DNA of 61,763 nt, counting the filler, from Sluysia triapertura (taxonomy: Eukaryota): assembly GCA_046118255.1 (NCBI GenBank). It is 5 parts of 5 records of this genome, joined end to end, with 100 filler letters (N's around TTAATTAATTAA, not from the genome) between each part and the next. Parts side by side here need not be neighbours in the genome. Positions count along the whole stretch, not along the records: positions 1 to 13,506 come from JBJNIA010036149.1; positions 13,607 to 25,948 come from JBJNIA010118195.1; 3 more parts are not named here. The stretch is one strand, 5' to 3'. Below are positions 12,143-21,830 of the stretch, piece after piece. Made by a program: the position numbers and the translations under genes. The notes under the pieces were generated by a model. The model was not told where the DNA came from and ran no database searches. It worked only from the letters and a program-made list of their open reading frames with translations. Positions within the stretch are counted from its first letter, which is position 1, and every line of letters starts with the position of its first letter.

Positions 12143-12163
12143 GGCTATCAGACCCGTCTAACA
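12143..12163 (-). mobile_element. 5' part of the same tRNA-derived element
   Basis: Minus strand TGTTAGACGGGTCTGATAGCCCAG aligns with the 5' end of the intact copy (TGTAGTCGCGGCTGATAGCTCTG, 44086). GGTCTGA pairs with TCAGTCC of the 3' part. Confidence 0.6.
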
Positions 12164-13085
12164 ATTTTAGATTATTATATTCAATTTAGCACTTTAGGGC
12201 TGTATCCCATTACATCAGCTTTCTCCAATTTATTTTATAGTAAGAGTAATTACAAAATCAAAATAGTTATAAATAGTATAATAATTGGAGTTATAAATAG
12301 TCATAAATAGTTATAAGAATTATAATAGTTATAACTCCTAAAATAGTATAGTAATATTAATAGTAGTAAAATAAATATTTTATAAATTTTATAAATGTAA
12401 TTTTTTTGTTTGAATCATTACAATTATAAATTTTTATTCAAGAGACAACAAAAAATTTAGTTTTGCTTATTAAAATGATACATAAAGAAGTGAGTTTGAA
12501 ATATATCACCAATAAATATATAACGGTGATAAGCGGAAAAAATATCTTGGATAATAAATAAAATTCATAGCATTTACAAAACTTGTGTTATGGTTGTTAC
12601 TGAAATATTTTCCTATTTCATACAAAATGTTTTCTTATTTCACTATGGATTCGCCTATAGTTTACGGTTTACCTTTTGACGAGAAACGTACCTCTAGGAT
12701 GGGTGGGTCTGATAAATGTATCCTTTCTTCTGTCACTTGTTGGTATCCGCATAATTACATTCTTAAATTATTTGTGCAATAAGCAATAGTGTCAATGATT
12801 TTTGGATTTAGAGGAAAGTGGATATTAATAATACAAAGTCCTAAAAGCATTAATAAAATAAAAATTAAATGTTTAAATGAAATATGGATTGTAGGATATT
12901 GTTGGGATTGTCCAATTGTGCATCAGGAGATAAGTGAGAAACATATAGAGCTATTAAATCAAGGAAGAACTGAAACAAAGAGATGAATTAAACATTATAA
13001 ACATTGTTGAAATAAGAATCATAAAAAAGAAAATATTTATAATAATGTTAACAGTTAAAGAATAACTTAAGTTCCAATGACCTAT

Positions 13086-13300
13086 ATAAGGTTCGAGACA
13101 TTGTAGAAGCTTGAGATGGATTTGAAGAACTTTTGGAAGCATTAAGATATCTTTGAACTTTAGAACCTTTGGATCATTGAAGACCTTAGTGACCTTTGAG
13201 TATTCTTGGAATATCGATAAGCATTTGAGATCCTTTAGTAACCTTATAAAGTGTATGAAATCTTTAAATTGCTTGAGAAATAAAATCTTTGTTCAAAATA
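13086..13300 (+). repeat. Unclassified dispersed repeat (inverted copy at 49982-50200)
   Basis: TATAAAGTGTATGAAATCTTTAAA..TTGAGAAATAAAATC.TTGTTCAA and upstream sequence match the reverse complement of 49982-50180. Confidence 0.75.
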
Positions 13301-13506
13301 ATAAAGATGAGTTTAACATAGTAATAATTAACATGAAGAAGTAGAAACATGAATCAGAGAGGTGAAGGTGAAAACATCTAGAGCCTCCTGAATGCCTTAT
13401 AAACTACTAAAAAAACTTTAGAACCTCACTTAAACCTTTAAACATAGAATAAGATTAAGTCTAAAAATAGATTAATTAATTAAAAATCTTAATTAACTTA
13501 ATTAAG

Positions 13507-13606
13507 NNNNNNNNNNNNNNNNNNNNNNNNNNNNNNNNNNNNNNNNNNNNTTAATTAATTAANNNNNNNNNNNNNNNNNNNNNNNNNNNNNNNNNNNNNN
13601 NNNNNN
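13507..13606. other. Artificial contig linker
   Basis: 44 N + TTAATTAATTAA (stops in all six frames) + 44 N. Confidence 0.97.
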
Positions 13607-14299
13607 ACAATGCAAGACACATGAACAATGACCATTAAAATTATATATTGTGTCATAATTATGTGTTTAATGATTTATTGTCTTACAATAAGACTATTCA
13701 TCGTGATAAAGTATCTCGTATATGCTTAACAACATGTAGGTCCCTATTGTATTTAGTTATTTAACCGGCTCTGTAGTTTCGTATTATTATTTCATTACAA
13801 TTAAACTAAGAAGTATTTTTTATTATTTAATAAACGTATTTATTTTTTGTTTTCATTTTTCCATGTTTATTAATTAATTTATCTTATTTTTAGAATTTTT
13901 GTTTATATAAATACAATATTTTTTTATCACAAATCTTATTTTACTGTTCAAAATAAATGTGCGTATACAATTTTAAATTTAATTATTATTATTTTCGAGA
14001 AATGCTGACAAACTAATAGTATTACCTTTAGTTGTTTTTATACATTTAAATTATACTTAACATGATAATTTTTGCATATATGCTCAAATTGGCGACTACA
14101 AATTAAAGCTTCTTATTATGGTGATCCAATTGATAAGCATAATTTTACAATGTTATTATCATACAATCACCGTATATTCACAAAATATTTAAAATTTTTA
14201 ATTGTAATCAAAGGATTTTAGATTAGCAAATATTCCTTTTTACAATTTTGAAGCAAACTTTAACGAACCTTTTATTTCTCATCACAACTCCAGAATTTT

Positions 14300-15125
14300 T
14301 AAGTTTATTCTATCGATTTCTATTGGCTGATGACTAGTATATAAACTAGCTTCAGCTCAGTATTTTAAACAATTTTATTTACGATTAGTACACACAATTT
14401 TACAAATTAGTATACATGAAATTTTAACAACGTGGTCTTTGTTCGCAAATTATTTGGTTCCAAACTACAGTTTAATCTGCAATTAAATATTTGCAAATTT
14501 TAATTCATTGTACCAATTTCGAGCGAGGATTCCCAACAATATTTACTGCCGAAGGATGGAGGAAATATAATATTTTTCTTTATTCGAATTAAAACTTAAA
14601 ATCCACGTAAATTCACCACCCTGATCTAGTGGGGGGAACTTGTAAATTCTAAAATTTTAAAGTTAAATTGAAGACCCTCAAAGGTTTCGGTTTTAAAATC
14701 AATTATTTTAGCACTATTTCTGTATATCTATATTTGTTATTTAATATAAAATTTTTGTAATAGACTTTACATTTTGTTATTCTATTTGGATAGTTCGATT
14801 TAATAGACCCTCCAATTAGTTATTGTATTAAGTTTTTGAGATATTAGATTACACTATAAGCTACAGAGGTGCCAACTATTAGTTGTAAGACACTTACTGT
14901 AGCCTGACCCTACTCAATTTTATTTTGCCGTAGGTTTAATTCATAAGAAAACCACAGCAGATTTATCAGTAAGACATTAATGGAAAGTTTAGTAAATTTA
15001 AAACGATTAAGTTTTAATAATACGCTCAGGAAATTAGTTTGGTCTTTATAAAATTAATAATGTTTCAGTTTCTTTCAGAAGCCTTTTTAGCTTTTTTATA
15101 AATGCTTAACCTTTTTATACTCTGA
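14300..15125. repeat. Non-coding repeat family 3, copy 1 (LTR-like; TATA inside a hairpin)
   Basis: Colinear with 39150-40100: CTGATGACTAGTATATAAACTAGC and a near-identical block TAAGCTACAGAGGTGCCAACTATTAGTTGTAA...CTCAATTTTATTTTGCC.TAGGTTTA. Confidence 0.75.
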
Positions 15126-15423
15126 CATATATGAATTCAAATTTATACATTATTTTGAATTAAGTAACTGTGATGATGGTTAAGATGTAAAGAATTATAA
15201 ATGTTTTAATTTTCTGGTTTTTTTCTTAAGACAAAAACCTAACTTACACCAAATTGGTTTATTATTATTCAGAGTCCCATTTACGACTTACTAATGGCGT
15301 ACCTGTAAAATTACATGAAAACAATTATTAAGATTAATCGTATAAAAGTACCGGTGATCTGACGGGAATTGTCGATATAAGGTGATGTTGGTGGTGATGA
15401 ACAGGTTACCATGTTATTGACGA

Positions 15424-16460
15424 CTATATCGGCTGGGCCAGGTGGAAGAAAAAGAGAGGGAGGAAATAATTTGCAATTAGGAATAAAGGTAAGTCATGCT
15501 CCCTAATGTAATCAAATAAATGGACCAATTCAGTGGCCATTTTTACACAATCAAATCGCAGCAATACAGGATATAAGAGTTTGAAAGATTGCCAAGATCG
15601 AGATACTCGAAGAAGGTAGAGAAATAAGATTATGATTATTAAGGTTGACAATTCCTCGGATCCATCGGAAAGGAATATGCAGTGTTCTCAAAACCAAGTT
15701 AGGATTGAAAGTAACCAGGATTTTATCATGAAACTTGGCCAAGAAGTATCGTTGAGTATCAAAAAGATCGCTTGCCGTTTTTAGATCGTTTTCTTTATGA
15801 CCATGTACGTCAGTACGGAAGTAGGACATCTGGCAGTAAGAACTGATTTTAGCCTCCATATGATATTGCTTAATATACGGTTTACATGCTAACTGGATAA
15901 TCCTTGGTTTATTCCCAAATCAATAGCGTGATGACAAGCCACAAACAAGAGTCGTTCTTCATCAAAGACGGACAATGGTGGTTTGTGCGTAAAAGAAGAA
16001 CTTCCAGATCTTTTTCATAGGGGCAGGGCAAGAATGAATAAAGATCTCTCGATGGCAACAGGAAAATAAGTGCGAGAGAAGTAGGCAGTTACAATGCTTC
16101 AATATACATAAAGCAACTCATATTTATGTCGGGAAAACAGATCGTCGACATAGCATCAACTCGGAAAGTCAGAGAGGTGTTATTCAAAATAGCAATGACT
16201 TTTACTGAACCACGGCCTACAGCAATATATAAGGTTCGGAAATGAGGTGGTTTATGTCAGATCATTTACGGTGATATGAGATTTCTTAGCAGTGAGAGGA
16301 ATAACATGAGTTGTTCAAAGTCAGACTCACTTCTAAATTTATTTGGGGTAACATGAGAATTAGGAAAGAAGATAGAAAGTTCCATTTCCCCACAATAAGA
16401 ATTTATAGAAGAATCAAAAAGTTTTGCCTGACTCAACCGTTTTGTATTTGATGGGTATAT
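15424..16460 (-). pseudogene. Unidentified decayed coding-like segment downstream of gypsy RNase H
   Basis: Higher GC than the flanks and several protein-like open stretches broken by stops and frameshifts; no recognisable domain. Confidence 0.35.
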
Positions 16461-16587
16461 CGGTATAAACTAAAGTAGGAATAAAACAATAAAATAGGTA
16501 TACATATAAGTAATTATTAATTAAATAATAGTAAGTTTTATCTGGAGCAATTATGGCATATTATAATAGATAACTACATAGGTGATT

Positions 16588-18723
16588 TTAGGAATTATCA
16601 ATCTTTCCCGAAGTAGTCATGATTTGTATAAAACTTATATTACCATTCCCATCGATATTTGTCAGTCTGGACATATAATCTGCTCCACTATTTTGTTTTC
16701 CTGGTTTGTAAATAATTTCTAGATCAAATTCAGATAATTTTGTAAACCATCTATTCAGTCTACTTATTTCCTCTCTAGAATTATATAAGTACGTTAAAGG
16801 TTTATGATCGGTGTATAAATATACCTTTTGTCCTAATAGATAGTGTCTAAATAGTTTACATAAACAATAGCTAAACATTCTCTCTCTATAGTCGAATAAT
16901 TTATTTCAGCCTTATTTAATCTTCGACTAGCGTATGCTATAACTCCTTCTAGATTATTATTATCTTTCTGTCCTAATATTCCACAGATTGCGTAATCACT
17001 CGCATATGTAGTTACGCATCAGGAAAGATAAGTATTGGTGTTGTTGTAAGTATCTCTTTTAAAAGTAAAAATGCATCATTTTTATCATCAGTCTATTCGA
17101 ATTCTACATCATTCTTAGTGAGATTCCTTAACGGTTGAAATATCTTAGCGAAATCTTTTACGAATCTTCCATAATAATTGGCCAATCACAAGAAACTCTG
17201 AACCTTTTTCACATTGTCTTGGATTTGGTTTGATGCCTTCTTCTGACACAATATGTCCTATAAATTCGACTTGTTGTTCTACCCATACACATTTTATGGG
17301 TTTTATTTTTAATCTGGCTACTTCTAATCTTATTAAGATATTGTCGATATCCTTTAAGTGAGTTTCAAAATCCTTCGAAAAAATTATTGTCATCTATATA
17401 AACAATGACATTTTTATAACCTTATAAAAGAAAATTCATGCAACGTTGGAATGTTGCTGGTGCAACTATTAAGCCAAATGGCATTTTCTCGCACTCATAT
17501 AGTTCATCTCCACAAGTGAATGCTATCTTTTTCTGCAATCTCTATTTGCCACTAACCACTGTGTAAGTCGAGAGTCGTAAAAAATGTAGCATTACCTAGT
17601 TTATCCAACATTTCATCTATTCTCGGTAAAGGAAAAACATTTTTTCGAGTTATCTTTTTTAACTCCCTAAAATCTATGCAAAACCTCATTGTACCATCTT
17701 TTTTCTTAACTAGTAATACAGGTTATGAAAAAGGAGAAAAGCTAGGTCTAATTATCGTAGCCTTTTTCATTGTATCGAGTTGTTCCTGCTTTTCTTTTTG
17801 GTTGCATATTGGAATTCTATACAGTTTCCTGCGTATTACTTTATCTTCTACTAATGGTATTTCGTGTTTAATTATAACTGAGTCCCCAATATCGTATTTA
17901 TTTTTTGAGATTACTAGTGGGAATCGATAAATAATATCATATAATTGTTCTTTTTGTCTTCTTGTTAAATTCTTATGTGTGATTTCAATACCAGAATAAT
18001 TTCCATCGTTTATTTCCCGTTGTAATTTTATAGTATTCCCTTTTAATTTATCCGTAATAACATTAACATGTATTACATTATAATTAACGATTCGGTCCAA
18101 TTTCGTACCAGTATATAACCATATGTTATCATTTGTATAATTGATTAATCGGACGGGTATTCTTCCGTAGCATATATTACGAATTGAGTCCGCTATACCA
18201 ATGTCCATTTTCTCTTGGTTATTTTTTGATGCTATAAACATTATTCTGCCAGTTCCTAAACTATTAGACCTTCCAGGAATAATATATTCGCTTCTACTTA
18301 ATAACCATAATGGTTCTTCTCGAAATATACCGTCGTCGTCTATATTCCTACGTGAATAACTGTCCATTAATTTTACCTTATCAAAGTCTAGTACTGCACC
18401 TTTAGTTGTGACAGTATGTCCATACCAATTATCATATCCTCAGGACAACTTTTCATAACTCTTAGTTTTGCTTCAAATTTGTTTTATCTTAATTCACAGT
18501 GTGATTTCATTATACCAATTATGTGGATTGTATCTCCAGTAACACCCGCTATATGTGATAAATTTTCAGAAAGTCCTTTTAATTCTTCACCGGGGAGAAG
18601 ATTTTCATTTATCAGTGATGCCATTGCACCTCTATCAATTAGTGCCGAAATTTTCCTTCCACTAATTCTTATATCGACGATAGGTCGTTTTGCTCCATTA
18701 TAATTATTCTTTGACCAAATCAT
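16588..18723 (-). mobile_element. Decayed Ty3/gypsy pol: protease, reverse transcriptase, RNase H
   Basis: Protease ALIDRGAMASLI; RT IIRPSFSPFS, MPFGL..APATFQR, VYIDD, VEFIGHIVSEEGIKPNP; RNase H FRHYLLG..VYLYTDHKPL...RW...LSEFDLEIIYKPGKQNSGADYMSR. Frameshifts and stops; integrase absent. Confidence 0.95.
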
Positions 18724-18729
18724 ATTACA

Positions 18730-19865
18730 ACATTTGATGATGGTGGTACCTCAGCTGGGTATAATCGTTCCTTTTGATTTTCTTCGATTTCTCTATTTTC
18801 ATAATAGTTGATTGTCTGTAACGCGATGTTTCCATTTTGTTGCGTTTCCTTTTTTAAAGCGTCTATCTGTGAATTCGCATGATGGTGTAATAAATATTTT
18901 ACTAAAAATGGAAAACAACCTATTATTAGTTTCCACGTAAATCAAGAATCTTATAAATTCCTACTATTGAAAATACTTTTAATACAATTAATGCTATAAC
19001 TTTTAATATTATGTAAATACTAATTAATCCGGAAAATACTTGACTTTTTATTAGATAACTTCGCAAAATATGTTTTAAAGTATTATGAGCTGCCTTCTTG
19101 AAATGATCTGGTCCTTATAGTAGTTCGAAATTTATTTGTCCTTCCTTTTCTATTGTGATTTTATCTACTATGTCTGTTAATATCTTAGCCATTCTTATGG
19201 GGAATAGTATGTTTTCTTTAGTATATATACCTGAATTTTGAATATTTTTCGATGCAAAAATTTAAGTTTTCCTCTTAATTTTGTTAACCCTATAATTTCA
19301 GGTTATTTAACTTGTCCTCTATGTGGAAGTGATATCCACAGGTTATCATTAATTCGATATTCCGGTGCCATTACATTGAGCAATGCATGAATTTTGGTTT
19401 GACCTTATCATTATAATATTCTAGTTACGAGTTCTAAATGAGTTTGCATTTCACCAGATAACAAAGGTACTTCATTAGTATATATTTCAATTACAATTCT
19501 ACTTTCTTACATTTGTAAGTACATATATAACTTGTTTTGTTCTCAATATTTCTCTGTTTAATTAACAATCCATGGCTATCATAATGTGGTATCTTTTTTC
19601 TAAAGACATTAGACCTAAATGATAGTAAAAGTCTATCTTATTATTAAAATATGTATTTAATTTTACATCTTTTGGTTCCACTCCTTTTTAGCTTGCAATA
19701 TTGTTTGTTGTGTTAGGTATATCACTTGATAATTGGTTTCCATAATTTCCTTACCACACGGATCATTGTTCCTTTCGATATAAATATTAATCCATATTCT
19801 TCTTTAGTTGCAATTAAAACTGTTGGTGTTCCCTTAACCTTTTTCTCTGTAAAAATTCTGTATTT
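18730..19865 (-). pseudogene. Decayed env-like glycoprotein (chuvirus-like class III fusion protein), C-terminal portion
   Basis: Manual translation across frameshifts gives CGKEIMETNYQVIYL, DVKLNTYFNNKIDF, YKCKKVEL, NEVP, VTRIL, APEYRINDNLWISLP, NSGIYTKENILFP, then a TM segment GLISIYIILKVIALIVLKVFSIVGI and a polar tail. The motif order matches recalled chuvirus-type glycoproteins. Confidence 0.65.
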
Positions 19866-20188
19866 ACTTGTTTTTTATGTAAATATTTTACCGGTAATTC
19901 ATCATCTTTTTGATATAAAAATCCAGAAACTAAATTAAATTTTACTTGCTTTAAAAATATCAGTGGCATTGAAATTTATTTAATTCATAAATTAACTTAG
20001 ATTCTCCGGTATCGCAACTTGTTTGATCGATTCTACATTACGATCGGGATATCATTGTGTCTTTCTCAATATCAAAACTCTCATAGGATTTTAAACTTAT
20101 TGCATAATCTTCATATGCAACTACATTGTGGTCGTAAAAGTGTAGTAAAAGAGACCTTTTTAACGTTTTAGATTGTTCTCACAGGCTC

Positions 20189-20720
20189 TCATTTATTGAA
20201 TAGTTGTATAGTAGTTCCGGTATAAAAAGTGACTGATTTGATTACTTTTCTCGGGTCAATACCTTTGTCAGTTAAAATTGTCGCTGGTTTAATTTTGCAC
20301 CAGTTTATAGTTCGATGTTGTCCAGCGACTGAGATGATAACAGTTTGGTTTTCCTTATTTATGTTTATTACTTTGTACGGGCCTATATATCTTGGCTGCA
20401 GCGAATGAGGATTTTCTACGATCAACCAGACATATTCACTATCGGTGATACTTTGTGGTATGTATACACGCGGTGAATTTTTATGTACTGGTGATTTGTT
20501 TAATTCGCTGAATTATTGTCTTAAATGCTTAGTGAAAATGCACTCTTTTGGCAGCGAGGTTACGAATAATTCGTGTGATAATCTTGTACTTGTACCAAAC
20601 ACGATTTGGGCAGGAGAATATCCGGTAGATGAATGTGGAATATTTCTCCAACCAAGTAGTATAAGAAGCAGTGCATACAATCAATTGTACTTGAGTGATA
20701 TGTTTACCACTCATAAATAG
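20189..20720 (-). mobile_element. Ty3/gypsy integrase C-terminal fragment
   Basis: LGWRNIPHSSTGYSPAQIVFG (end of core) and SLQPRYIGPYKVI (GPY/F motif). Confidence 0.85.
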
Positions 20721-21299
20721 TAAACATATCACATCACAACCCTCACAATTACTACAAATTTTACCACTACCTAAACAACAAAAAAATTCCGTTCACCATA
20801 AAACGTTACAGCCAAACTCTAACAAGTCACCAACCTTGCATAACTCGGTCAAACAACCTCTCCACTGAAACAAACTATATCATCACATGTACCACACAAA
20901 ACCTCCATGTAACAACAAATACCTCACATAAACTTAATACATGAACTCTCCAACACAATATACAAACCAAGAACGTCAAAATAAATCAAGTCACACATGC
21001 ACTTCCATTACAGAAACATTTACCAATAATAAACCATTTCAAAGATTTATATATCATCGTCATCTAGAATATCCACTAAAAATAAAACGCAAAATAAAAC
21101 GAACAAATTTCTAACAAAGGTAATGAAATTGTTTGGTATGGATGTGCCATTATCCGTGGCACATTTAAAATCACGCGATCAGTAAAGGAACTTCCTCTCG
21201 AGGAAATATCGAGGCACTATCCTAACAAAATCATTATATAAGTCTATTCCTAATTGTACTTGGATGACAAAGAGATATCTGTCCAAATCAGATACCTAG

Positions 21300-21830
21300 G
21301 TTTGTAAAAAGAATAATGTAAACAAACCTGAACGTAACATACAAAAAACACGCCACAATGAGGACATAATTTCAAACAAACCGGCATCAGAACACAGCTG
21401 TCACAGTAGCAACAAATCGCAAATCGGCCGTACAAAAACATTCTTCCCACATTATTCCCAGTCGAAACAAAATTCCAAACCAGTGAAAGCAACAAATTAA
21501 ACAAAATCAGCATTACACTTACGTAAAACCAAGACCCGACTACAAATAATAAGGGCGCCCAATTAATGGTGGTAATGGCACGTACGCGAAGATTGGCGAT
21601 AAACAGTATATTCTCAATGCCGCTAACTTTTATTGATTCCCGGTATACGACGTTGGATTTTCTAATTGATATTGGAGCCGCCGTATCAGTTATTCCCAAC
21701 AGTATAATAAATAATACAGCGCAGACCCGATCGTACTTAACAGTAGCCAATGGAACAACTGTGACTTGCTTTGGCTCTCTAAAACTAAAATTTACAATCC
21801 CCCACTTCACTAAAGTATACCAATGGATTA
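21300..21830 (+). mobile_element. Ty3/gypsy gag-end/aspartic protease fragment (CsRN1/Mag-like)
   Basis: FLIDIGAAVSVIP...LTVANGTTVTCFGSLKLKF...YQW; catalytic DTG is degraded to DIG. Confidence 0.75.

Noticed and set aside
11826-12161. Plus-strand ORFs of 111 and 71 aa
   Set aside because: Antisense shadows of the REL coding fragment.
13507-13606. TTAATTAATTAA palindromes recurring every 11-13 kb
   Set aside because: Identical 44N-12mer-44N spacers are assembly linkers, not biology.
14327-14356. CTGATGA as a hammerhead ribozyme core (also 39178, 4238, 55592 and 35581 minus)
   Set aside because: No correctly placed GAAA with stems I and III and a cleavage triplet could be assembled. At 14327 and 39178 the motif is paired within a simple hairpin.
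21250-21810. 186-aa minus-strand ORF
   Set aside because: Antisense to an A/C-rich gag-protease relic; the hydrophobicity is a compositional artefact.
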